Source: Pocillopora damicornis
Lineage: Eukaryota
NCBI RefSeq assembly: GCF_003704095.1
Contig: NW_020846609.1
Location: 62,001 to 126,000, forward strand
Length of the DNA: 64,000 nt
Direction of reading: 5' to 3'
A program made the position numbers and the translations under genes. Under the pieces are notes generated by a model that did not search any database, was not told where the DNA came from, and saw only the letters and a list, made by a program, of their open reading frames with translations. Below, one piece after another: positions 11,594 through 22,957 of the stretch. Each line of letters opens with the position of its first letter. Within the stretch, counting starts at the first letter, position 1.

Positions 11594-14584
11594 ATGGAGC
11601 CTCAAATGCTCGTTAACCAAGGACTCAGCGAGAGCGTTGCTCAACGTGTTTCTGAAATCTTTGCTTTGGGGATTCTTTCTCCTGAAGAACTCGATGACAG
11701 AGCGTTCGAAGCTCTTCGCGAATTCAATCAAGACGGCGCTTTGGAAGTGTTAGATCAATTTGCGAACAGTGACTTATCTCATGTGCAAAATAAGAGCGCT
11801 TTCCTTTGCGGAGTGATGAAAACCTACGTCACAAAGTCTTCTACGACAGGCGCTGATACCTCTAGCAACCAGGGAGCGCCCAGTAAAGCCGACGAAGGGA
11901 AGATAAAAGCTTTATTAGAGAGAACAGGTTATACGTTAGATATCACCTCGGGACAGAGGAAATATGGAGGTCCACCACCTAACTGGGAAGGTCCTGTACC
12001 CGGGACAGGTGGTAGTGAAGTAAGTAAAATTATTTTTCTAATACCGAAGGTACCAAGCCTTACTTGGAATTGAAGCATGATGGAAGTCCAACTGTCTATG
12101 TCGATGAAATATTTGTGGCTGCATGTATTTGAGATAATTCAATCGGGTTCTAGCAAACATTACCCTCTTGGATTCAATTATTCGCTCGAAAAAATAAAAT
12201 CATCATCGGTAATTTTTTAAAGATTTGAATAATTTAGAGAGAACATTTTTAGATAAATTATATTAATTTTCAAGTTATAAGCATGCTAGTGGGTTTATTT
12301 ACACAAATTATTTCATATTTGTGAGTTATGAAAGCTCGGTTGATTTTGAAGACTCACTAAATAAGGAATTATACTGGAACACGCATCCAAGAAAAATACC
12401 TAAAAGAGAGGACATAACACATGTAAGGCCATATTATAAGGATAAACCTGTTAAATGAATGGCTGCATGAAATTTCCTTTAATGACATATACAAATGGTT
12501 ATGAAATCATTTTTTAAAGATGGTTGCCTGAAGATCTCCTTTATGACAAGATAAAATCAAACCAAACAAATCAAAATAACTCATAATGGAGGGAATTTCT
12601 CCGCAAACTTCCTTTTTTGACAAACTCAATCAAACCAAACAAGTTCAAATGACTTACACGAGTGAAGTGAAACTGATTTATTTGCAAAATTATTGTCCTA
12701 CAGAAAGGCTGCTGTCAGGTTTTTGTTGGGAAGATCCCACGCGACTGCTTTGAAGATGAAGTAATCCCACTCCTTGAAGAATGTGGTCAGATTTTTGACT
12801 TCCGTCTCATGATGGAACCTGAATCTGGACTTAATAGAGGCTATGGATTCTGTACATATGCAACTAAAGCTGGTGCACAGAGTGCAGTCAAGAAACTTGA
12901 CAATAAGGAAATTCGACCTGGCAAGAAGTTAGGAGTCTGCATTTCAGTGGCAAACAACCGTCTCTTTGTTGGATCCATTCCAAAGAGCAAGACCAAGGAA
13001 GAAATTTTGGAGGAATTTGGAAGAGTCACCTCTGATTTGACCGATGTCATTGTTTACTTGTCTTCAGAGCAAAAAGGCAAAAACAGAGGCTTTGCATTCT
13101 TAGAGTATGAAAGCCACAAAGCAGCTGCACTGGCAAAGCGACGGCTTCAGAGTGGTAAAGTTTATGTCTGGGGAATGGCTGTGGCCAAGGTTGAGTGGGC
13201 TGATCCACAGGAAGAGCCTAATGATGAAGTTATGGCAAAGGTTAGTATATGAAAATGAATTTGGCTACTTAGTAATCAATCAAGGTTATTTTTGTTTTTA
13301 TATCAGGTGGAAATCCTTTTTTCTATGATCACAAGGAACATTTTATAAAAAAAAAATTGAAAATCAGTAACTTTCTGTAATGATTCTTAATTTAGATTTT
13401 GTCTCATTAGTCCCTGGTTACCAGAAAAAAAATAATTCTGCTAAATTTTAAGCCTGCATATTTCAAGCATTGTTTTAGTGATCGTGGAGAAGTTGTTCAG
13501 TTTTTAGAAGAGCCATTGTCTTTAGGAAGAACAATAAAAAAAAAATCAAAGCAAAGTACTGGTGGTTGAGATGTTTTCTCCATGGCAGAAGAAGATATGA
13601 TTTCATTTTAACTTAACCATGGTTTAAATTTTTTACTTTTGTAGCTGTTAAAGAGATGAAACATGCCTGACCTCTTAACTCTCTCAATCCCTTGTATAGG
13701 TGAAGGTGGTGTATGTCCGAAACTTGTCACCTGTCATCACAGAGGAGAAACTACAAGAAGAGTTTGGCCAGTTTGGAACTGTAGAAAGAGTTAAAAAGCT
13801 CAAAGATTATGCCTTTGTTCACTTCACAGAACGTGAGGATGCACTGAATGCGATAAATGCACTAGACCAACAGATGTGGGATGACATTTCTATAAGTGTG
13901 TCCCTAGCAAAACCACAACCAGCAAACAGGGACAGTAGGCGAAGAGGAGGCCCCGGAATGGGGCAAGGTCCTCGTGGAAACCAACTAAGAGGTGGAGCAC
14001 CCAGAGGGCGAGGTCGTGGGCGAGGGGGATATGACCAAGGGTATGATAACAGTGGTGGGTATGGCCAATATGGAGGTTATGATAGTGGAAGCAATTATGA
14101 CAGCTATTATGACGATGGTAGCTATGGAGGAGGTGGGTATGGTGGTGGTTATGGTGGTGGGTATGGAAATGAAGGATATGGTGGAGGAGGTTACTACAGC
14201 CAAGGTGGCTCAAGAGGTGGGCCGAGGGGGTCACGTTCCCGTGGTGGTCCAGGTGGGCCAAGTAGAGGTGGACCTCGTGGTGGCAGTGGCGGTGGTGGCT
14301 TTGGTCGTGGAGGCAGGGGTGGACGTGGTGGTCCTCCTAGAGGAAGGGGTGGCAGAGGTGGAGGTGATGGTGGCTATGGTGCGCAGAAGCGTAAGTTTGG
14401 TGGTGATGGTGCTTATCAAGGCTCAGCTGGTGGCTACTCAGAACCTAAGAGGCAGTACATTGATTACAACCATCAGTATGGGCAGCAGGACTCCCAACAA
14501 GAGTGGGGTGGTGACTACAACTACAGTGACCAGGGCGATCAACAGTGGTACCAAGACTCCTGGTCGCAGCAGCAGGGATGGTGA
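11594..14584 (+). CDS. hnRNP R/Q (SYNCRIP-like) paralogue 1; exons 11594-12019, 12704 (or 12719)-13240, 13700-14584
   Basis: N-terminal LDDRAFEALREFN..DLSHVQNKSAFLCGVMKTY, GQRKYGGPPP, three RRMs (VFVGKIPRD, NNRLFVGSIPK, KKLKDYAFVHF), RGG/YGG tail. Confidence 0.93.
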
Positions 14585-17209
14585 AGTGATCCTGTATTTG
14601 CTGATTGGCAGCCATTCAACTTGTCCAACCAGATTCATGTTGAATTGATCCAATTGTGTCATCATTTTGTTTGGAGCCCAATCATTTCTTTCTCTGATTG
14701 GTTTGGATGCTGCATCAAACATAAAGGGAAAAGGCTTTTTCGATGTTACATTCTCTGTATCATTTTGTTTTTTAGCAAAAAAGAAGAAATTCTTTCATAA
14801 TCTGACTGAGTTCAAAACTTAAGGAATCAACTTTCTTTTTTGATCTTGAGTTACTAGGGTAAAAGAGGAGATTGTGTTGCAAAATCTGTGGTGTTTCATA
14901 TAAACATTCGTAGTTCTTCCCAAAGTCTATGAGCCTTGTCTAGTTCTGCTTTTCAAATTCAAATTTTTACATTTTAATCTTCATTCTTTTGAACTTAGTA
15001 AATAAAACTTCAAGTATTGTTCAAAAATACCGGTAGACTTAGAAATAGACATCTAAAGAAGATCTGCAATCCAATGATTGATCGAGTGGGTTTGTTTAAC
15101 AATCATATAATCTTGAACTTAAATAAAATTGCTTATTCAAAATTAGCCAGTAAAACCAGCTGGGTATAAATTGTATGTTGTCATTCTGTCTCCAAAATGA
15201 AAAAGAAATTCTGTGGGAAATTGCAGTTGTAGTCAAAAGATAGAAATGAACTTTGAAACAAAAATAATATAATGTTGAAATTGCATCAGAAAATTTCATG
15301 GGCAAAAACCATGGATAAATTATAACTGAAGTTGAGAAGATCCAAAAGGAACTGTGCTAAAAATTGTATGAAAAAAAAAATTGTCAAATGGTGACTGGAA
15401 ATTTCTTATCAAAAACGTGAAAATTTCCAGTTGAGGTACGACGATGGCAGGCCATTGTGGTAAGTGCAATATTGTGATACTTGTGTTAGTAGCCTAGAGC
15501 CAAGTCTATGTGGCATTTATTGGTGTGACTTAAGAACACTTCAAACTTTGTTGCATTAGTAGGGTGGGGTGGGGAAAGGGGGTCAACAATTTCAACCTGA
15601 AAAGGACTACGCAGCATGAGTTAGCCACTTAAGGCTTCTTTTTGGACTTATTTACTCTTGAGGCCTCATCAATCAATGCTACAAGTGAGTGCAGAGGGTG
15701 TGATTGATACTGTCAAGTTGTATTTGAAAATTCTAGTGTTCAGGCTCCTCTCTATCTTGGACTGTCCTGTACTAAATACCAAATTTTAAGTTTAAGCATG
15801 CTGGGTAAGGCAACTGGAAACGTCAAAAGTGAACCTAGACTCACTCTTACATCAATCCCATCGCCATCGCTTCAGAAGAATAACAGAAAACTTTATCTTC
15901 ACGGCTTATGCGAATATTTTCGCTCTAGTTTTTAATTGAAGTCATTTTTGATAATCAAGCGAATTCGTATGAAATTATGTCGCGAGTGGGCCTAGAGAAG
16001 AAAATGACCTGTTACTTCAGGTTAACTTTAGCCAAATGAAACTCGTGGCAGTATGAGCCGAACATCGTCAACGTTAGTTAGAACAAGAGAAATGATCGTC
16101 TCTGATTTCTAGCCAAACGTAAACACCTAGCTTGAAAAACTGGCGCACGCATCGTAAGGCTGAAATTCGTTATATTGGGAGCAAGTAGCCTGGGACTAAG
16201 TTCTTGAATAGGAATTGTCCTGATGCGCGCATCGTCCGGTCTCATCAATCAACTCTCTCCTAATAAAAGAGACGTGTGTGCGCGAGGGGGAGGGGGGATT
16301 AGAGAAGGTTTCGACGCTGCCGCATTTGTTTTCGCGCCAGTTCCTGCAAAACGAACATAGCCTTAGGCTGGAAATTGAGACACTTCAAGTGAAGGTTACT
16401 TAGTCAACTACAATTTGTTCCCAAGAGTTTCCCTCATGTCAGAATTGGAGTGTTTCGACCGACTTCGGTGCTGAACGTAAACTGAGATTTTTATGGGAGG
16501 TTTACTACTTAGTTAAGCCTCGTCTCGAGAATTTCTCACTTGAAAATCAGTGATGGACATGCACCGTATCCCTTCACTTCCAAAGAAAAGTACAAGACAG
16601 CCCCTCTTTCGAGACACCGATGTAGGGAACTTTTTTTTCTTCAAAGATACAAGCTTTGCTTCTAGTCGAAAAAGACTCGTGTAATCTTTGTATCTGGTAG
16701 AACCGGTGCCAAGGGGAGGGCGTTTGTATGGAGCTTTCACTATAGTTGACCACTTGTTGTCCGGTTTTTTTTTCTTTTTTCATTGTTGTTTATTTTTATT
16801 CGCCTTAGAGACAATTTACTGTGACGGGACTTGACAGAGTTGGACAGGAACGAAGGACCGACTGTTCCCCTCTACGATGCTGTTACCTTTAAGTGACACG
16901 TCCTTCTATATCAAAAGAGGGAAGAGAGATTCTAGTAGTCTAACACTATGGATGCCGGGTGTCACGAATGCCAAAAAACGTTCGATTGTGCAGTGAAAAT
17001 CCCTCTTAACAATCTCTAGCAAAGTAGGAGATCATTTAAGTGTCAGCACAGACAGTTGGCTTCTCACCTGTGCTGGATGAACTCAGCCGGTATCGGTTCC
17101 CACCAAAAATGGTATGCGAGGAATATCCCTCGCGTAGTGCAGTGTTAATCACGGGCTACAGTTGGCTGTCATTCGTGTAAAATCATATTATGGTATGCGG
17201 AAGGCTTTA

Positions 17210-17576
17210 GGCTGGTTTTCACTCACGATGAAGTCAGAGTCGGAGTCTAAATCAGAAGCGCAGATTGATACGAGCCATGAAAATCAAACCGACAGTAAAG
17301 GAAGGAAAATGTCGATGGTGCTTACGACTCCTTGCTCTTGTCAGAGTTGTAAACGGAAAACTCCAGTGAGAGGGCCTGAGAACTGGCAATTTGTTTGATA
17401 GGTTTTTCCGCTTTTGCTTTCGACTCCGACAATCTAATTTTTATAAGCGTCGGAGTCATAGTCGGAATCGGAAGAAAATGAAACCGTTCTAATTCTTCGG
17501 ACTCCGATTTAGTCGAGCTTATGACTCCGATTTCCGGTTTTCACAAGGTCGATTCCGTCGCCAGTAGAAACCAGCC
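17210..17576. mobile_element. PIF/Harbinger-type MITE
   Basis: TIRs GGCTGGTTTTCAC and GTAGAAACCAGCC with TTA duplication on both sides; internal GAGTCG/ACTCCGA repeats. Confidence 0.8.
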
Positions 17577-17917
17577 TTAAGGCTTCACAGTAAGCATCAT
17601 GTCCGACTTGAATCAAAGGGTAGCGCCCAATGAGGTATTAATGATAAATGTTTTTACGGTGGATTACTTTCTTTTGCAGGTAGTTACATTCACGGCGTTT
17701 TCAGTATTGAAAGAATCTTTCTTTTTTTTTTTTTTTTTCATCCGTGCGACTTGGTGGATCCGTTTATTTTGTTTGGTAATTTGTGTGCGTACTGATGTCT
17801 AATGGCTTGTGACGTTCTTTCAGTTAATCTTTTTTGTAGCTTTTCTCTGCATGTCTTTTTGTTTGTTTGTTAACGCGAAATTAGCTTTCTAGAAACATCA
17901 GAGAAAAACAAGAACTT

Positions 17918-18139
17918 AGTGGGCGGGCCAGACCCCCTTCTCGTGGGAAGATATGGTTTCGGAACCCAAGCCAGGCTCACTTGAAGAGGGCTGGTTTGCA
18001 CGTTTGGTGCCAGCGTAACATAAACCATGTCTGCTCTCGCTTCGGTAGCGATGGAGCGGTGATGGAAGCCGGATCCGGCAGCTAGAATGCGCCGTTGTAT
18101 TCCCGTAACTATGACGTGTGGCAGAGGAAAGAGCCATCA
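17918..18139 (+). ncRNA. Candidate structured RNA element of unknown class
   Basis: GC-rich island of nested and adjacent stems: AGATATGGTTT/AAACCATGTCT, CAAGCCAG/CTGGTTTG, GCAC/GTGC, CTGCTC-TCGCT/AGCGA-GAGCGG, TGATGG/CCATCA. The non-Watson-Crick pairs are G.U on the + strand. Confidence 0.4.
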
Positions 18140-18499
18140 AACGTTGTTTAAAACAAGGTAGACAACGTAAACTCTACTAAAAGAGGGAGAAATTACGATT
18201 TTCACTTATGTGGATAATTGTAGAAAGCAGTCTCGTGGGAAACAAATTTATGAGTCTTTAGAGGTGAAGACCTCTTTAATGTTTTTTAGAAAGGAAATGA
18301 TATTATTACAAATAAAGGAACTTCCAAAATAAAAAACGTTTTTGTGTCAACTGAATCATCAGAAAGGGCTGGCTAAGCAATGAACTTGGCACAGTGTGCT
18401 ACTCCTTTAACTTGGGAATGAAACAGAATTGTTGTTCATGTTTAAACGCACCAGTTTGACGGTCGGGTGAGCGGTGAGAAAGAGCACTGTCTTCCTGCT

Positions 18500-18612
18500 C
18501 TTGATGTGACTTATCAGGTGTGACTTGCGTGACTTGACGTGACTTGTTAGGTGTGACTTGATGTGACTTATCAGGTGTGACTTGTGTGACTTGATGTGAC
18601 TTATCAGGTGTG
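18500..18612. repeat. Minisatellite of GTGACTT-core units (9- and 15-bp variants)
   Basis: ttgatgtgacttatcaggtgtg three times plus variants. Confidence 0.9.
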
Positions 18613-19514
18613 GGCTTAAGATGGATTCTTAGAAAGTTTGGGGTATATAGCAAAAATTGTATAAGTGACGAAATTGATGATCACGAAGCCACAGACAGAA
18701 ACACCGTATTTGGTGTACTGCTTCCGGTATAGGTGGAAACATTTACCACGAACGAGGTGATTGTTTTCACTCTTCGCTCCACTGCAACAGAAATCAAACC
18801 TGGATTCGGCGTTTTTCACTTCGGCAATAATTCCAAGGAATATTGCACCGATCGGGAGCCAACGTAAAACTGCGACATGGCTAATTTTGTTGAACGTTTT
18901 TTGGGCGGAAGTAATCCCTTGAGAATATCCATTGTTAAATACTGTTTTGTATTTTAACCCCTGTATTCGTTTGTATGAAAATCGCTCTAGAGCTCTAACT
19001 TGGGTTGTGGACTTCACGTTACTCATTGTTTCAGATTCTAAGTTTATCTATAGAAGAAAACAACTTTTAGTGGGAAATCTAGAAATGGAAAACTCGCGAA
19101 AATAACCTCGTTGCAACAAAGTAAGCGGTTAGACAACAAGCGATTCACTGTGGAAGTAAGGTGACGTGTTTTTATTGAGAATTTGACTGAATTTTTACTT
19201 CCTAAGAGCGGTCGTAAATATTCCCATAAAAACTCTTATAATTTCGCTGTGACTAGTACTTCGCGAGATGATCATCTCACAGCTAGAGCTTGGGCCTGTG
19301 ATCACTGTTAAAATTCGAAATGCCCCAGGCTCTGTCTTCGTTTGAACCGACAGCCGAAGTTACAACCGAGTGGATATCGATTGAAGGAACCTGTTCACTC
19401 TTGAGGTCCACCCCACAGATATCATTCAAACACATTCGCAGACCACGTTGTCTGGGCGTCCAAGCATCGAAGATTCTTAACGCTGTGACAGTAATTTTAC
19501 AAATCGAACTTGCG

Positions 19515-22500
19515 ATGGAATCAACGCAAGAACTATCAGAAGACGCGCAGACACTTGTGGGCCAAGGGTTGAGCCTTCGAGTGGCTCAGCGAGTCAGTGT
19601 GATCTTTGCTACGGGTGCGTTGCTTCCCGCCGAACTGGATGACAGAGCTTTAGATGCTTTACGAGAATTCAACGAAGATGGCGCCCTTGAAGTGTTAGAG
19701 CAGTTCGGAAACAGCGATCTGTCTCATGTGCAAAACAAGAGTGCTTTCCTCTGTGGAGTAATGAAGACATATCGCGAGAAAAACCGACAGAAGGCTCACG
19801 GACAAACACCCGGAAACGAAACCTTGAGTGGCCCTGACGAAGAGAAGATCAAAGCTTTGCTTGACAGCACAGGGTACACTTTGGATATCACTACGGGACA
19901 ACGGAAATATGGTGGCCCACCGCCAAACTGGGAAGGCCCTCCTCCTGGGACAGGCAGCGAGGTAATTTTATAAATAATTTCAGTTGCGCTTGCCATAATT
20001 TAATAGACAATACGGTCTATGGTCGTTTAGCCGGCGTGCTAGTTGGCCGACTTCCTCTTGGTTGACCACTCGGGTCACATTGCCGACGAGTTTTCTCTGC
20101 TTCGCCGACTATAAGATCTCTATAGTCAATCGTAGATATTGTTAACGATTAACGGAATTCAGTAATCATTTATAAACTAAACTTTTTCGTCGTGAAGAAT
20201 TTTCTTTCCACCCTTCAATCGCAAGAAGTTTGTTTGTGATTTTCGGTCTGCCGTTAATAGCTAGATTAAACTGTCGAGCAACGAACTTGTTAGGCAGATG
20301 GAAAAACGTATTGGTAAACTGACTCGTCACATACTGTTTTTTCAAGTATCTGTTGCATGGATGCTCAGTTACCCCCCTCTCTCTCTATATATATATATTT
20401 TTTTGTTTGTTTTTTTGGATAAAATGTGGGAACGTACCTTAAAAGACAGATAAAAGAATTCGTGTAAGTTGGCAAACCGATCATAGCACGTTGAAGAATT
20501 GACTTTGGTTATCAGCAGAGTGGATGCTAGTGAACTAGTACTGAAATTTATTCAGCTTCCTTTTTGCATATATTATTATCTGTAAAATGCACAGGTTAAA
20601 ATGAGATGAAATTTTTCATTAAGCTTACTAGTAGCCAAAATTGGTATACATTATATAATTAAATATTTGTATATTTTTTCATTGGATCCACAGAAAGTTT
20701 GCTGCCAAGTGTTTGTTGGCAAGATCCCCAGAGACTGCTTTGAAGATGAACTTATTCCTGTTTTGGAGGAATGTGGCAAAATCTATGACTTTAGACTTAT
20801 GATAGACCCTCTCTCAGGTCAGAACCGAGGCTATGGCTTTTGTACATATTCTTCTAAAGATGAGGCACAAGATGCCACCAAGAGGCTTGACAATAAAGAA
20901 ATCAGGCCTGGCAGAAGGCTTGGAGTTTGCCTTTCTGTAGCAAACAACCGTTTGTTTGTGGGCTCTATACCCAAGAACAAGAATAAACAGGAGATCCAGG
21001 AAGAGTTCAGTCAAGCTACAACAGGACTGACTGAAGTTATTGTGTACATGTCAGCGGAAAACAAGTCCAGAAACAGGGGATTTGCTTTCCTAGAGTATGA
21101 ATCTCACCAGGCAGCATCTCTTGCTCGGCGAAGACTCTCTAGTGGGAGAGTGAAAGTGTGGGGTAATATTACCCCAACTGTTGACTGGGCAGACCCACAG
21201 GAAGAACCTGATGCAGATGTCATGTCCAAGGTTATTATACATTTTTTAGATTTGAGTCTCTAGGAAATTATTTTTCTTTTAAACTAAAGGCACAAGTGCT
21301 AGTGTAGCCAGGGTGTGTTGGGTGGAAGAGAGGAAAGGAATTCAAATGCAAAGTGGTCAAGATTTCTCTTTTTCTCTTTGTTGCATATTGTTCAGGCAAG
21401 CTTGCTAGATAGGAGTTCCATTGACTCTTAAAAAGGCACTGGCACAAGAGTTCCTTTACAAAAAAATTCTGGCATGAGGCACTAATGGAAATTTAAACTT
21501 TTGTGCAAAACAAGAAAACTTGGTTGTGCTGTTGAGTGAGAGAATCTTGATGATTGCTATGCAGAAAAGCAATATATTTTTCATTGGTCCAGTTTTGTAT
21601 AGTTGTCAGGGGATACAAGTAAGAATAATTTTACATGTAGTCAATCACAGTAAGAAGCTCATGTCTCTGAAGGGGTAAGGCCAAACTGTAACACACTTTT
21701 AGGGACCTTTACCTTGAAATTTGTCATGTTAAGAATGGCATCACTGTTTGAGATGATGCAAAGAAATTTATATTTGCTTCAGAATGTTGCTTACACTGAG
21801 AGTGCAAGTAGAATATGAACTGTTTGTCTCCAAAGGTTGTTGGGTTGAATAATTTCATATTTTTTGAAAGATTCATATTTTTTGCCTGTCAATATTTCTG
21901 TTTAATGACATTTTTTATTGATTTGGGTATTTTGGTTTTTGTCTCCTCTTGTGTAAGTTTTTCCCATTGCTTATTATTTATGTATTCATGTGAAATTAAT
22001 GATTATGGTTTGCAGGTTAAAGTTGTTTATGTCAGAAATGTGACCCCAAATGTCACTGAAGAGCAGCTGAAGGAAAAGTTTGAAGAATTTGGCACAATTG
22101 AAAGAGTTAAGAAACTCAAAGATTATGCCTTTATCCATTTTGTGGAACGTGAAAATGCAATAAGGGCTATAGAAGCAACAAACAATTCTACGATGGATGG
22201 AGTAACACTAGAGGTGTCTCTGGCCAAGCCTCAGCCAGCAAACAAGGACAGGAAGCGTGCGGGGCAGTCTGGATATGGTTCCATGAATGCTGGTGCTCGA
22301 GGATCCCGTGGAGGTCCACGAGGTGGAGGCCCTCCTGGGCGTGGTCGTGGCCGTGGAGGGTATGGTGGGGGATATGGTGGTGGAGATGGGTATGGTGGAT
22401 ACAGTGATGGATACGAAAGAGGTTATGAAGATTACTATGAAGGTGATGGGTATGGCTATGGTTCCAGTGGAGGTTATGGTGATAGGAGTTACAGTGACAA

Positions 22501-22957
22501 CTATTATGATGATTACTATGGTGGTGGTAGTAGCGGCAGTGGATATGGTGGTTATGGTGGCTATGATCGCTACAGTGAGAATCCAAGAGGTGGTCCTCGT
22601 GGGCGCAGTGGCCCACCTCCCCGTGGAGGTCGTGGTGGTTTTACAGGAAGAGGTGGTGAACGAGGGGGAAGAGGAGGTCCCCGTGGTGGTCCACCCCGTG
22701 GTGGAAGAGGTGGTCCTCCAAGGGGTGGACCCAGAGGTGGAGGAGGTGTTGCCCCTGGTAAAAGGAAGTATGGTGCTGACGCTCAGGCAACAGTTGAGTA
22801 CCCCGAGACCAAACGCAGATACATGGGTCAGAACCAGTCAGGAGGAGGATGGGGAAGCCAGCCAATCGCTCAACAGCCACTGTACAACGAAGGTGGTTAT
22901 GGTAACCAAGGATCAAACCAGGAGTGGTATAGCGACAGTAGCTGGCAAGGATGGTAG
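19515..22957 (+). CDS. HNRNPR: hnRNP R/Q (SYNCRIP-like) paralogue 2; exons 19515-19961, 20694-21230, 22016-22957
   Basis: Same domains and intron positions as paralogue 1; keeps KTYREK, DPLSGQNRGY and C-terminal WGSQPIAQQPL typical of hnRNP R/Q. Symbol indicates family, not one-to-one orthology. Confidence 0.93.

Noticed and set aside
13890-14722. Long alternative-frame and antisense ORFs over the hnRNP tails (also 22188-22988)
   Set aside because: Stop-free shadows of Gly-rich GGN codon runs
17930-18000. HDV-like ribozyme (CCC-TTCTCGT-GGG as P3/L3) or group I intron S element (AAGATATGGT)
   Set aside because: No convincing G-initiated P1 or catalytic J4/2, and no other group I core elements
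18033-18070. Minus strand resembles part of human 7SK as I remember it (TCACCGCTCCAT...CCGAAGC), tempting because hnRNP R/Q bind 7SK
   Set aside because: No paired GAUC 5' hairpin or 7SK-type 3' hairpin, and the G.U pairs favour the opposite strand. A cmsearch with 7SK models would settle it.
18399-19026. Minus-strand ORFs of 84 and 136 aa
   Set aside because: One is minisatellite translation; the other has no recognisable motif or splice support
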